Counted from the whole stretch's first letter, positions 1 through 13,411 are shown. The stretch is DNA of 63,941 bases, filler included, from Chiloscyllium plagiosum (GCF_004010195.1; 4 parts of 2 records of this genome joined end to end with filler, not necessarily neighbours in it), one strand, 5' to 3'. Numbers and translations are program-made. The notes: generated by a model from the sequence alone, not told the origin.

Positions 1-2716
1 GAGCTAGTGAGGGCAGGAATAGGAGGATAGAGCAGATGAATGCATGGCTTAAGAGCTGGTGTATGGGAGAAGGATTCACATTTTTGGATCATTGGAATCT
101 CTTTTGGGGTAGAAGTGACCTGTACAAGAAGGACTGATTGCACCTAAATTGGAAGGGGACTATTATACAGCTGCTCGGGAGGATTTAAACTAATAAGGTG
201 AGGAGTGGGATCCAGGGAGATAATGAGGAAAGAGATCAATCTGAGACTGGTACAGTTGAGAACAGAAGTGAGTCAAACAATCAGGGCAGGCAGGGACAAA
301 TCAGAGAACAAGGTAGGACTGATAAACTAAACTGCATTTATTTCAATGCAAGGGGCCTAACAGGGAAGGCAGATGAACTCAGGGCATGGTTAGGAACATG
401 GGACTGGGATATCATAGCAATTATAGAAACATGGCTCAGGGATGGACAGGACTGGCAGCTTAATGTTCCAGGATACAAATGCTATAGGAATGATAGAAAG
501 GGAGGCAAGAGAGGAGGGGGAGTGGTGTTTTTGATAAGGGATGGCATTACAGCTGTACTGAAGGAGGATATTCTTGGAAATATATCCAGGGAAGTTATTT
601 GGGTGGAACTGAGAAATAAGAAAGGGATGATCACCAAATTGGGATTGTATTACAAACCTCCTAATAGTCAGAGGGAAATTGAGAAACAAATTTGTAAGGA
701 GATCTCAATCATCTGTAAGAATAATGGGGTGGTTATGGTAGGGGATTTTAACTTTCCAAACATAGACTGGGACTGCCATAGTATTAAGGGTTTAGATGGA
801 GAGGAATTTGATAAGTGTGTTCAAGAAAATTTTCTGATTTAGTATGTGGATGTACCTACTAGAGAAGGTGCAAAACCTGACCTACCCTTGGGAAATAAGG
901 CAGGGCAGGTAACTGAGGTGTCAGTGGGGGAGCACTTTGGGGCCAGCGACCATAATTCTATTCATTTTAAAATAGTGATGGAAAAGGATAGACCAGATGT
1001 AAAAGTTGAAGTCCTAAATTGGAGAAAGACCAACTTTGACATTATTAGGCAAGAACTTTCAAAAGCTGACTGGGGGCAAATGTTCACAGGTAAAGGAACG
1101 GCTGGAAAATGGGAAGCCTTCAGAAATGAGATAACGAGAGTCCAGAAAAAAATATATTCCTGTTAGGGTGAAAGGGAAGGCTGGTAGGTATAGGGAATGC
1201 TATATGACTAAAGAAATTGAGGGTTTGGTTAAGAAAAAGAAGGAAGCATATGTCAGGTATTGACAGGACAGATCGATTGAATCCGTAGAAGAGTATAAAG
1301 GCAGTAGGAGTACACTTAAGAGGGAAATCAGGAGGGCAAAAAGGGGACTTGAGATAGCTTTGGCAAAGTCCAAAGGGTTTTTTACAAATACATTAAGGAC
1401 AAAAGGGAGAAAATAGGGCCCCTCTAAGATCAGCAAGGCGGCCTTTGTGTGGTGTTGCAGAAAATGGGGAAGATACTAAACGAGTATTTTGCATCAGTGT
1501 TTACTGTGGAAAAGGACATGGAAGATATAGACTGTAGGGAAATAGATTGTGACATCTTGACCAATGTCCATATCACAGAGGAGGGAGTGCTGGATGTCTT
1601 GAAATGCATAAAAGTGGATAAATCCCCAGGACCCGATCAGGTGTACCCTCGACTCTGTGGGAGGCCAGGGAAGTGATTGCTGGGCCTCTTACTGAAATAT
1701 TTATATCATTGATAGTCACAAGTGAGGTGCCAGAACACTGGAGGTTAGCTACGTGGTGCCACTGTTTAAGAAGGGTGGTAAGGACAAGCCAGGGAACTAT
1801 AGACCGGTGAGCCTGTTGTCGGTGGTGGGCAAGTTGTTCGAGGGAATCCTGAGGGACAGGTGCACATGTATTTGGAAAGGCAAAGATTGATTAGGGATAG
1901 TCAACATGGTTTTGTGCGTGGGAAATCATGTTTCACAAACTTGATTGAGTTTTTTGAAGAAGTAACAAAGGGGATTGATGACGGCAGAGCAGTAGATGTG
2001 ATCCATATGGACTTCAGTAAGGCGTATGACAAGGTTCCCCATGGGAGACTGGTTAGCAAGGTTAGATCTCATGGAATACAGGGAGAACTAGCCATTTGGA
2101 TGCAGAACTGGCTCAAAGGTAGAAGACAGAGGGTGGTGGTGGAGGGTTGTTTTACAGACTGGAGGCCTGTGACCAGTGGAGTGCCACAAGGATCGGTGCT
2201 GGGTCCTCTACTTTTTGTGATTTAGATAAATGATTTGAATGCAAGCATAAGGGGTACAGTTAGTAAGTTTGCAGATGATACCAAAGTTGGAGGTGTAGTG
2301 GACAGCGAAGAGGGTTACCCCAGATTACAATGGGATCTGGACCAGATGGGCCAATGGGCTGAGAAGTGGCAGATGGAGTTTAATTCAGTTAAATGCATAG
2401 TGCTGCATTTTGGGAAAGCAAATCTTAGCAGGACTTATACACTTAATGGTAAGGTCCTAGGGAGAGTTGCTGATCAAAGAGACCTTGGAGTGCAGGTTCA
2501 AAGCTCCTTGAAATTAGAGTCGCAATAGATAGGGTAGTGAAGAAGGCATTTAGTATGCTTTCCTTTATTGGTCAGAGCATTGAGTACAGGAATTGGGAGG
2601 TCATGTCTGGCTGTACAGGACATTGGTTAGGCAATGGAATATTGCATACAATTCTGGTCTCCTTCCTATCGGAAATATATTGTGAAACTTAAAAGGGTTC
2701 AGAAAAGATTTACAAG

Positions 2717-3037
2717 CTCCTCTCTGACCTATCACCTCCATCCCCACCTCCATCCACTCAGTGTACTCTTTGCTACATCCCCCACCCTCCTCCCTGACCT
2801 ATCACCTCCATCCCCACCCCCATTCACCTATTGTACTCTATGCTACTTTCTCCCCACCCCACCTTCCTCTCATTTATCTCTCCACCCTGCAGGCACTCTG
2901 CCTCTATTCCTGATGAAGGGCTTTTGCCCGAAACGTCGATTTTCCTGCTCCTCGAATGCTGCCTGAACTGCTATGTTTTTCCAGCAACACTCTAATCTAG
3001 AAACTGGTTTCCAGCATCTGCAGTCCTTGTTTTTACC
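2717..3037 (+). mobile_element. Penelope-like pseudo-LTR inserted in the CR1
   Basis: C-rich sequence matches the PLE 3' end at ~28430-28671, includes the HHR core and ends GCATCTGCAGTCCTTGTTTTTACC. Confidence 0.85.
2910..2937 (+). ncRNA. Minimal type I hammerhead ribozyme core (family A), intact
   Basis: CTGATGA-A-GGGC-TTTT-GCCC-GAAA-CG-TC, with palindromic ACGT in place of stem III and a GUC cleavage triplet. Confidence 0.8.
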
Positions 3038-4679
3038 ATATGAATAGGAAGGGTTTGGAGGGATATGGGCCAGGTGCTGGTAGGTGGGACTAGACTGGGT
3101 CAGGATATCTGGTCGGCATGGCCGAGTTGGACCAAAGAGTCTGTTTCCGTGCTGTACATCTCTATGACTCTAAATGCCAACACACCGTATGCTTTCGTCA
3201 CAACCCTATCAACCTGGGTGGGAACTTTCAGGGATTCATGCACCTGGATACCTTCTCTGTCACCATGTCCTGCACCTCTCCCCCTCCCCCACCTCAGTCT
3301 GTTCTTCTCAGTCTGGCATTTAGACACACCATTGCTCTCACATCTGGATCAATTAATCTGCACTAGCAGCACCCTTTCTCCCCCAGCCTTCTCCCCTCCA
3401 CTATTACATTAATGCTGGCCCCTCCACACTTCATGGCAGCTCTGATAAAGAGTCATTGAGTCTCGAAATGATAGCTTGCTCCCTCTCCATTGATGCTGGC
3501 TGACCCGCTGTGATCTCCAGCATTTTTTGTTTTCAGTTCACCCTAGTCACTTCCTGAGGAAACAGATCCTTCCCATCCAACCTATCAGGTCTGTCGAACC
3601 CCTCCAGATCTCAAAGCTCTGCCACTGGGGGAAGGTGCAAGTGCTGACAGGTTGGAACATGGGGGTGAGGCAGTGAAATCTTTCAAGATCAACTGAAATA
3701 AAGAATAACAAAAACTCAACAGCCCCTTAAATGAAGGAAAGAATTGCACAATATATAGGGGAGGAGAAAACAAAATCGTAGAAAGGTTTTACTAATCTCT
3801 AAAGATCAGTTTTATATGGTCTACGCATTTAAGAAAAAATTTGGAGGTTATCAGATGCAGTCGGAATCGATCATTGGATGGTTGGTGCAGACCCTCTCAG
3901 CAAGGAATGGGAGGAGCCCATTCAGCCCTCCAAGACTATCCCACCCGTCAATTAATACCATGAATGATCGACGCCTCAACTCCACTGTCTCGCCTCAATT
4001 GCATAGCCCTCGACGAGCTTTCCTATCAAAGATTTATCGATCCGAAATTTTCCATTGATCCTGGAGCCTCAACAGCATTTCAAAGGGAAGGACTTTCCAA
4101 TTTCCAGCCCCCCACCCCCACCCCCTCCGTGGCGGGAAGGAAGGAGTCACTGTTTCCTGGAGTAGAAAGTGGAGGCGGCTGATGAAAACAGAACAAGGGA
4201 TCATTAAACGTTCAACTGTGATGAAACCCTGAAGGATGTGATTCATGAAAGTGGATGTGCAGGAAGTGATTAGAGTAAGTGTTAGAATTTTGCCAAACTT
4301 ACAATCTCCAGCCGCAGGTCATTGGAAGCCGGGGCAACCACATTAAAAGCTGAATTTGATACTCTACTATAACTCATTTGTCCTTGATTTCCGTGCAATC
4401 GTCTCTTTATCTCCCGACTAATGCTGCATTCAGACCTTTTGTGTTCCCTGTTCGCCTTCCCTAAGTCACCATCAGTGCCTCATCATGAGGCTGTTGGTCG
4501 TGTGGACTTTATACCCATTGTTTCCATGGAGTTTTCAGTTTGCAAAGAGAGAGCACTCGGGGGCCAACGCTGTACCTGACAAAAAAATAGAAGGATGTAT
4601 GTGTCCCCAGGCAAATGCCATTGAAAGTACAACGCACACAGTGTTTGCAGGTAGCCCCCCCCCCAGACATGTTGAGGAG

Positions 4680-5148
4680 GTGCCAGTGTGGGACTGGGGT
4701 GGACAATGTTAAAAATCACACAACACCAGGTTATAATCCAACAGGCTTATTTGGCTTTCAGATTGCTGCTCCTTCATCAGGTAGCTAGTGGGACAGGATC
4801 ATGCAACGCAGAATTTATAGCACAGCCATTCTAAATGATGAAAGACTTAACAGCAATCTCGGTTTGTTCAATACATCGTATCAGTTTCATGACACTGTGA
4901 TCTTCTGCTATAAACTCTGTGTCTTATTATCTTGCCCCAATACCTATTTGGTGAAGGAACAGCGCTCCGAAAACTAGTGCTTCCAAATAAACCCTGTTGG
5001 ACTATAACGTGGTGGTGGAGTCGAGAGTGTGGTATTGGAAAAGCACAGCCGGTCAGGCAGCATCCAAGGAGCAGGAGAATTGACGCTTCAGGCATAAGCC
5101 CTTCATCAGGAACCTGGTGGTGGCAAGTTTTAAGTGTGTCCACCCCAG
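4680..5148. mobile_element. Fold-back PLE pseudo-LTR element (HHR family B) with a nested family A unit at 5019-5110
   Basis: Left arm (CTGGGGTGGACA..CACCAGGTTATAATCCAACAGG..GCTCCTTCATCAGG) is the reverse complement of the right arm (GCGCTCCGAAAACTAGTGC..CTGTTGGACTATAAC..TGTCCACCCCAG). The nested insert is flanked by AAC(G/C)TGGTGGTGG at 5006-5018 and 5111-5123. Confidence 0.8.
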
Positions 5149-5329
5149 AAATGTGTCAGTACTTGTATGGAGAGGGTAAGGTTCTGTACTTATTTGTCAG
5201 CATTGTATCAAAACTGGTGACAAGGTTTGCAGCACTGCCCAGCACATGGAGCTGTTTGCTGGAGATTCTTGGTAACGCAATCTCCAGGGATGCCAATATT
5301 TGTAGGGATTCATATGCCAACTTTTACAA

Positions 5330-6203
5330 AAGAAGTTGGGGTGTGATGTGGTGGCTGTAAAGGACATTGGTTAGGCTGCTTTTGGAATACTGCGTTCAAC
5401 TCTGGTCTCCCAGCCAAAGGAAAGGTGTGAAATTTGGAAAGGTTCACAAAAGATTTAGATTAGATTCCCTACAGTGTGGAAACAGGCCTTTCGGCCCAAC
5501 AAGTCCACACCGACCCGCCGAAGCGCAACCCACCCATACCCCTACACCTAACACTATGGGCAATTTAACATAGCCAATTCACCTGACCTGCACATCTTTG
5601 GACTGTGGGAGGAAACCGGAGGAAACCCACGCAGACACAGGGAGAATGTGCAAACAACACGCAATCAGTCGCCTGATGTGGGAATTGAACCCGGGTCTCT
5701 GGCGCTGTGAGGCAACAGTGCTAACCACTGTGCCACCGTGCCAGCCGATACAAAGATGTTGCCAGGTTTGGAGGGTTTGAGCTATAGGGAGAGGTTGAAT
5801 AGGCTGGGGCTGTTTTCCCTGTAGCGTCGAAGGCTGAGAGGTGACCTTATAGAAGTATTTAAAATCACAAGGGGCATGGATAGAGTGAATAGCCAAGGTC
5901 TTTTCTCCAGGGTAGGGGAGCTTAAAACAAGAGGGTATAGGTGAGAGGGGAAAGGGACTTGAGGGGCAACTTTTTCACACAGAGGGTGGTGCGTGTTTGG
6001 AATGAGCTGCCAGAGGAAGTGGTGGAGGCTGGTACAATTGCAACATTTAAAAGGCATTTGGATGGATATATGAATAGAAAAAGTTTAGAGGGTTATGGGC
6101 CAAATGCTGGCAAATGGGACTGGATCAATTTAGGATATCTGATCAGCATGGATGAGTTGTCCTGAAGGGTCTGTTTCATGCTGTATAGCTCTATGACTCC
6201 ATG
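5330..6203 (+). mobile_element. CR1 3' fragment interrupted by an HE1 SINE
   Basis: LEYCVQLWSP and FFTQRVVRVWNELP peptides; CTATGACTC tail. Confidence 0.9.
5455..5746 (-). mobile_element. HE1-type tRNA-derived V-SINE
   Basis: Minus strand has A box TGGCACAGTGG, B box GGGTTCAATTCCC, V-domain CTCCCACAGTCCAAAGATGTGCAGG and an AATCT tail. Confidence 0.9.
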
Positions 6204-6544
6204 AGAGGAAGGGAGACCTGCAAGTTGTACAGCAATAAGCTGAGTTGGCGTGTTAATGAGGTGCAAATAGAAATAAGAGATTTGCTGTTTTCCAGCGAGA
6301 TGCTGATCTCTCCATGAGGGGAAAGTCAGACCATTTTATCTTGATGTTGAGATATTCATTCTTACCGCATTTTCCACTTTCCTCATTCTTGCCCATGTCA
6401 CAAAAGGCCCAGAAAAATTCTGCCCAATGTCTCCATTGCAGAAAGCCTGACCCAATAGAGCCCTTACGTTGAGAATATATGATTCCCCTTACTGAGACAT
6501 ATTTTAAAAATGACTATTCTACCTGATATATTTATACTTCTTTT

Positions 6545-6782
6545 TTAATTCACTCACTGGCTGGGCCAGCAGTTATTCCTCATCCCTAATTGCCCCTTGA
6601 GAAGGTGGGATTTGAGCTGCCTTCTTGAACTGCTGCAGACCATGTCCTGTGGGTTGACCCACAATGCCCTTAGGGATGGAATGACAGGATTTTGACCCAG
6701 TGACACTGAAGGAATGGTGGTATATTTCCAAGTCAGGATGATGAATGGCTTGGAGGGGAACTTGCAGGGGGTAGTGTTCCCT
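6545..6782 (-). mobile_element. 3' end of a second (L2/CR1-group) LINE family
   Basis: HHPDLEIY..SFSVTGSKS..GLQQFKKAA peptide; same sequence recurs at ~8905, ~10605, ~19500 and ~54750. Confidence 0.8.
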
Positions 6783-6859
6783 ATACTTAACACTGTTCAC
6801 CACTGGTTAATCTGCTGGAATACATGTGTGTAAGGAGAGTGGCGCAGAGAGTGCGCATG

Positions 6860-7495
6860 AAATATGGACTGGGTAATCAGTTTGCAGAACATCCACATTC
6901 TGCCCACAAAATGACCCTGAGCTTCCAGTTGCCTGCCACTTCAGCAACCACCCTGTTCCCTGGCCAACATCTCTCTCTCTCTCTGGCTTGCTGCAGGGCT
7001 CCAGTGAAGCTCAGCACCAAGCTGGAAGAACAGCACCTCATTTCCCACTTGGGAACTCTACAGCCTTCAGGACTCAATTTCGAGTTGAAGAATTTCAGGG
7101 CTTGAGGCACCTTCTCCCATGTCCTTACTCCAAGCCCCACACACCAGGCCTTATTATCACATGCTCAGTTATTACATACTTTCCATTGTTAGTCACTAAC
7201 TGTTCTCATTAGCAGCCATTCATTCTCCGAGGCTGACCATTATCCACTCCTTTGCCTGTCCAAATGTTCTCCATCTTTGGGCTCTATCTGCACCTCTCCT
7301 TACCCCCTGCCTCCACACCATCTTCTGTATAAATGAAACAACTTTTTTCCTAGCTACCATCAGTTCTGAGGAAGGGTCACTGGACCTGAAATGTTAAGTT
7401 TGACTTCTCTCCACTGTTGCTGCTGGATCTGCTGAGACTTTCTAGAAATTCACGCTTGCTCCTGATTTCCAGTATCTGTAGGTCTTTTCTTTTTT
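6860..7495 (+). mobile_element. Old PLE 3' fragment (GIY-YIG C-terminus plus pseudo-LTR) with family C HHR at 7366-7395
   Basis: KLEEQHLISHLGTLQPSGLN peptide; CTGAGGA-A-GGGTC-ACTG-GACCT-GAAA-TG-TT. Confidence 0.75.
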
Positions 7496-8143
7496 TTAAC
7501 CAGAATGAATGGAGTAGGGATCTCCCCCTCAATGGTAAGGAATACATTCGGAGGCAGCCATCAGTTCTCACATGGAGTACAATCATTCAGTCCAAACATC
7601 ACAGGGCATTCGAAAGGTTTGAACTGCTTAATCCTTGAGAGAGAAACTGACTGTGTACTTCCAAAATAATGCATTATCAACAGTTGTAGATGTTATATTG
7701 ACTTTGGAGAGGAGTTGTCTTAATGACTTGCCAGATTTAACAAAAGGTCATTGACCTGTTTCTCTTCCCACTGATGCTGCCAGTCTTGCTGAATCCAACA
7801 TTTCCAATTTATTGTTCCTTACTAATGGAGAAGATAAGTGAAAAAGGGTGAATGATTTGCACTGAGATGTTATTACAGGTGTCTAACCTGTTTGTATTTA
7901 GAATTAAGTAACACCCAATTAAACTTGGGGAGGTCTTGTGGCCTGGGCGGTAATGTCACTGTCTCTGAGCTAGCAGCTCCGGGCTTGAATCCCATTCCAA
8001 GACTTGATGTAAGGAAACTGTATTCATTTGTGGCCAAACGGACAGCTAACCAGGTCCAACAAAAGTGGGAATGGAAACAGATTTCAGCACGTGCTTTATC
8101 TGGCTCATGTGTCATTAGAAATGTGAGCCTTCTGAGTCCATAG

Positions 8144-8360
8144 AGACAGTGGGTATGGTGATGTATCATTGGACTTATATCAAGAAAACAAGCGAAATGC
8201 TCTGGGATTTCAGGTTCGAATCCCACTACAGCAGCTAATGGAATTGAAATTCAACTAATGCATCTGGAATTGAAATCGAATCTTGGTGATGGTGACCATG
8301 ACAACGATCATCAACGTGTTTAAAAAAACAACAGTGTTCCTTTAGGGATGGAAATCTGAC
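8144..8360 (+). mobile_element. tRNA-derived SINE (second family), 5' part
   Basis: B box GGTTCGAATCCC; related minus-strand copies at ~13110-13410 and ~27045-28900. Confidence 0.65.
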
Positions 8361-8904
8361 CACATCACATAAAAGAATAAAGCAAGACATAAAAGCAACA
8401 CTGGAAGATGTCTGTCTAATCTTGGGGTGTTAGTTAGGTCCGGTCAAAGCTTCCTGATGTTGGTGGAAGCTTATTGCCTTCATCTATTTGTCCAACACAA
8501 GCGAACATTTCAGGACTAGCTAAATAAGCAGTGCCAAAAATAACGTTATCCAAATCTCCTTATGTGGGACGCTGTCCACCAGGGACATTTGCTCTCTTCC
8601 AAATACCTAACAATAAAACTTTTGTCTCTGAGTCAAGTTTGCCGTTTCACCCACAGCTTGGATGACCGAATCTCACTTATTCATTCCCTTTACGTCCTGT
8701 GCACATCACTTTGCCAAGTCATTGATGTCTTTCTGGCTCAACTATGGAAGGCTAATGAAAATCTGTTGTGCAGATATGTTTTTCTCACACATCGAGTCAG
8801 AGAGAAAATCAACCACAAGAGATGTGAACATTTACTCTTTGCATCTATTTCCCTTCTGTTCTGCAAATGGTATTCCATCTATTTTATGTTTGTCCACAGG
8901 ATAT

Positions 8905-10370
8905 GGGGATTGCTGGCTGGGTCAGCATTTATTGCCCGTCCCTAGTTGCCCCTTGAGAAGGTGGTGCCTTCTGGAACCACTGCAGTCCACGTGCTGTAAG
9001 TAAACCCACAATGCTTTTAGGGAGGGAATTCCAGGATTTTGACCCAGTGACACTGAAGGAATGGTAATATATTTCCAAGTCAGGGTGGTGAATGGCTTGG
9101 AGGGGACCTTGCAAGGGGTGGTGTTCCAGCATTTATCGGCTGCCCCTATCCTTCTAGATGATAGAGGGCCCAGATTTGGAAGGCGTTGTCGAAGGACATT
9201 GGTTCATTTCTAATGTGCAGCTTTGAGGTGGTGCACACAGCTGTTACTGAGGATTTGTGGGGGAGGGTGTGAATTTTGAAGGTGGTGGAATGTGGCACCA
9301 ATCAAGTGGCTGTTTTCTCTGGTTGGTATTGAATTTCTTGAGTGTCATTGGAGCTGCACTCATCCAGGCAAGTGGGAAATATTCCATCACACTCTTGACT
9401 TATGCTTTGTAGATGGTGAACAGAATTTGGAGAGTTAGGAGGTGAGTTACTCACCACAGAATTGACACCTCTGATCTGCTCTTGTAACAATGGTATTTAT
9501 ATGACTTGTCCAGTTCAGTTTCTATTAGGTGGTATTGCACACCCACAGTGGTTAACTGGGGTGGATTAATCAATGGCACTGCCATGAGATGATAGTTGGG
9601 TTCTCTCTTGTTAAAGATGGTCATTGCCTGGAATTTTTGGGCACAATTGTCATCTGCCACTTTTCATCCAAAGCCTGTATATTGTCCAGGTCTCACAGCA
9701 TTTGGACATTTCCCAGTTCACTATCTGAGGGGCTGCTGAACATTGTGCAACCATCAACAAATATTCCTACTTCTAACCTAACAAATATACTGTTCGGTTT
9801 AAGAAGTCAACTCACCAACACCCTCTCAACGGGCAACTAGGAACAGTTCCAGCCAGCAAAGCCCATGTCCCTTGAGTGAATGTAAAAAAGTAAAAATAAA
9901 TTGAGTGGCTCTGGTGGTACACAAACCGAGTGGTTTATTGCTAAGTGTCACTTGATATCACTGCTGACAACACAGTCCATCATTATGCTGATAATCCAGT
10001 ATCCAGTGCCTTTGTTGAGATCATGCAGAGTGAATTGAATTGGCTGAAGACTTAGATCTGTGATGCTGGGGACCTCTGGAGGAGGAGGCACCTCTGACTG
10101 AATATGCTGCCACCTTTTTTTATTATCAATGTGCTAGGCTATGTTTTCATTGAGACGAGGTTTATTTGTTAGGTATTTAATTATCCTCCCTTAATCACTG
10201 GATAGGGCTGATCCATTGACTGTGGGATTGCTTTGCCCTACCTATCAGATCTTGTTTATGCTTTTTTTTTGTACAAGTAATCATATGTTGTAACTTCACC
10301 AGGTTAACACCTCAGTTTCAGATATGCCTGGTGCTGCTCCTGACAAGCTCTCCTGCACTATTCATCAGAC
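8905..10370 (-). mobile_element. Longer decayed fragment of the second LINE family
   Basis: Same 3' end as 6545-6782, continuing into degraded RT C-terminal sequence. Confidence 0.7.
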
Positions 10371-11063
10371 TGGGCTTGAATGTGCAAAGTCCACACAGAC
10401 AGTCGCCCGAGGCAGGAATCGAACCCGGGTTCCTGGCGCTGTGAGGCAGCAGTGCTAACCACTGAGCCACTGGTCCACCCCGAGCATTTTATAGCATAGG
10501 TGAACTGAATGACTGCTTCACTGTAGCTCTGAAATAGGGAAGGTGGCGTAAACTGCCAAGCAACTCTCTCACCACCTCGTTTCCATTCTTCTCTCACAGT
10601 GTTGCTGGCCAGCATTTATTCCTCATTCGTAATTACTCTTGAGAAGTCATTGGTTTCTATAAACTGCGGCAGTCCTGGTGCTGTAGGTACCCCACAGTGT
10701 TGTTAGGGAGGGATTTCACAGATTCCAACGACACTGAAGGAACAGCGATATATTTCCAAGTCAGGATGGTGAGTTGGAGGGGAACTTGCTGGTGGTGATG
10801 TTCCTGTGCATCATGCCTCAATTGTACAGGGACTTGGTTAGATTGCACTTAGAGAACAGTGTGCAGTTTTGGCTTCCTTACCTCAAGAAAGATATTATTG
10901 CCACAAAGAGAGTATGGACCTGTTCGTGGGATGGCAGAACTGTCCTTTGGAAAGAGATTGGGGAAACTGGACCTGCATTCTCAGGAGCATTGAAGAACAA
11001 AACGTGATCTGATTAAAACCTACAAAATATTTAAAGGGATAGACTTGGTATATGCAGGTAAGA

Positions 11064-11303
11064 TCTTCTGGCTGCTCCAGTTTCCTCCCACTGTCCAAGG
11101 ATGTGCAGGTTAGATGGATTGGCCATGCTAAATTGCCCACAGTGTCCAGGAATGTGTAGGTTAGGTGGATTAGTCATGGGAAATGCAGGGTTGGAGGGAA
11201 CAAGGATGGGGGGAGCTGGTTGGAAGGGATGCTCTTTGGAGGATTGTTGCAGACTCAATGGGCCGAATGGCCTGTTTCCACATTGCAGGGATTCTATGAT
11301 TCT
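11064..11303 (+). mobile_element. HE1-type SINE, 3' part (a 5' part lies on the minus strand at 10380-10470)
   Basis: V-domain and GGCCTGTTTCCACA..GATTCTATGATTCTA tail. Confidence 0.8.
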
Positions 11304-11787
11304 AAGATGTCTCAGCTCTTTGGGGTAATGATTTAAGGGGAATATCACTGAGGTTCAAAATTGCAAACTTTTAGAAATCTCTATCACAGAGCAAGCTCAG
11401 TCTGTGAGCTTGTTTAAGTTAGACTTTGTTATATTTCTGATTGCCAACAATGTCCAGGACTGTGGGCAGGGGGCAGGTAAAAGGCATTCAAGTGTATGAT
11501 CAGCCATGATTGTACTGAATAATGGAGCAGGCTCGATGGACTGAATGGCCTCACCTAGTCCCAGGTTCCTAATGTATATCACATAATGCACTTCAGAACT
11601 CTAAGATGGATAAAGGTTCAGGAGGATGATAGCTGAGTGGAGAGGATATCCTCTGTCACTTTCTTGGCAATTACTTAATCTCCTTGGCGCTAAGGAATCT
11701 TTAGTGATAAACTGTAATTAGCAAATTGTTACCCTACTTAAAAGTAACTGGACTCCTGGTCTCCTGACCTTATACTTGAACCAGCAT

Positions 11788-11980
11788 GATGTAGAGGTGC
11801 CGATGTTGGACTGGGGTGGACAAGTTCAGAACTCACACAATGCTAGGTTATAGTCCAACAGGTTTATTTGAAATCACAAACTTTCAGAACACTGCTCCTT
11901 CACAAGAAACAATGTCTCGAACGCTTGTGATTTCAAATAAACCTGTAGGACTATAACCTGGTGTCGTGTGACATCTGACT
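11788..11980. mobile_element. Short fold-back family B PLE element
   Basis: GGTTATAGTCCAACAGGTTTATTTGAAATCACAA is inverted as TTGTGATTTCAAATAAACCTGTAGGACTATAACC; TSD-like TTGAA(C/T)CAG(C/T)AT at 11776-11787 and 11981-11992. Confidence 0.75.
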
Positions 11981-12610
11981 TTGAATCAGTATTTATTAAA
12001 AAGGGGACAGCATGAGTTATATTAATCAACAGGTCATTTACCAGTGATGGTCATGACACTAAAATCTAGGAAAAATGTAAAGCACTTTGAGACATTGTGC
12101 AGTTGTGGAAAGGCACTATATAAATGCAAGTCTTTCTCCGTGGGTGCTGGGCAGTTCTACAATTGAAAACATTTGAGTGTACGCAGCCTCACTTCAAGAT
12201 GAGAAACACATTGTTGGAAGTTTATTTTTACAATCTCAAACTCAGTTAACCAAAAGCTGATGCTGTGGTCTTTGACTAACTTGTTCAGATTGCAACAGGA
12301 GTCATTTTCAGTATTTTCACATAACTATTATTGTAGATGTTATAGTAACTGTAACTCAAGTGCTGACTCACCCCAGGAGACTATGAGAACTGTTCTTACT
12401 ATTCTGTGGTAGACATGTGGGTTGGGACAAGGTATCAGCCCAACCCTACGCTAATCGAAAAATTATTTAGAGATCAGTAGCCAAATATGAAGCTACACAC
12501 ACTGATTATCTGATGAGATATTGGAGACCTCCTTGTATGGTTATGACTGGGAATAAAGTAAATAAAGCATGCAAATATAAACTAGCAGAGCAGAAATATG
12601 TTGCTCTTCA

Positions 12611-12945
12611 GATGGCACAGTGGCTCAATGGTTAGCACTGCTGCCTCACAGCTCCAGGGACCTGGGTTTGATTCTACCCTCAGGCGACTGTCTGTGTGGA
12701 GTCTGCATATCCTCCCCATGTCTGAGTGGGTTTCCTCCCACAGTCTAAAGATGTGCAGGTTAGATGGATTGGCCATGCTAAGCTGCCCATAGTGTCTAGG
12801 GAAGTGTGGGTTAGGTGGATTAGATATTGGAAATGCAAGGTTGTAAGGTAGGGGTGTGGGTCTGGGTGGGACACTGTTAGACGGTCGGTGTGGACTCGAT
12901 GGGCTGAATGGCCTGTTTTCATACTGTAGGGCTTCAATGATTCTG
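12611..12945 (+). mobile_element. HE1-type SINE
   Basis: tRNA head, V-domain and CR1-like tail. Confidence 0.9.
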
Positions 12946-13411
12946 TTTCACCACTCCATAAGATCATGGCTAATCCAATAGTGGCACAACTCCATTTTTC
13001 TGCCTGACTCCAGAATCGTTCATCCTAATATTATCAAGAAGCTGTCCAACTCTGTCTTGAGTACATCACCTGCTTCAGCCTCCACTGCTCTCTGAGGGTT
13101 GTTAACTCTTTGTTCATGAGATAGGGTCAAGGCAGCATTTGGTTCCCATCTTTAATTGTCTGTTGAACTGAGTGACATGCTCAGCCATTCCAGAGGGCAG
13201 TTAAGGGTCAACCACATTGACTGGAGTCACATGCACATCAGACCAGGTAAGGAGACCAAATTTCCTTCCCTAAAGGGGACCACTAGTGAACCAGTTGGAT
13301 TTTTAATCAATACATTTGTTAATTAACTTTAAATTCCATGAGCTGCTTTGCTGGGATTTGAACTTGTATCTCCAGAGCAATAATCTGGACACTCTAAATT
13401 GCCACTACACT

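Larger units (their letters stand above)
1..3172 (+). mobile_element. Decayed near-full-length CR1-clade LINE (HER1-like): end of ORF1 esterase, ORF2 APE endonuclease and RT, 3' UTR
   Basis: Frame from nt 3 reads MNAWLKSWCMGEGFTFLDHWNLF..KKD*LHLN (SGNH DxxH motif, TGA at 135-137). ORFs 198-1166 show endonuclease motifs (YFNARGL, ETWL, GDFN, SDH). RT has QHGF, DFSKAYD, GVPQGSVLGP and FADD (2268-2279). Many stops and frameshifts. 3' UTR 3038-3172 ends TCTATGACTCTA. Confidence 0.95.

Noticed and set aside
198..2966. Series of endonuclease and RT ORFs as an operon or retron-like system
   Set aside because: Collinear fragments of one CR1 ORF2 broken by stops and frameshifts.
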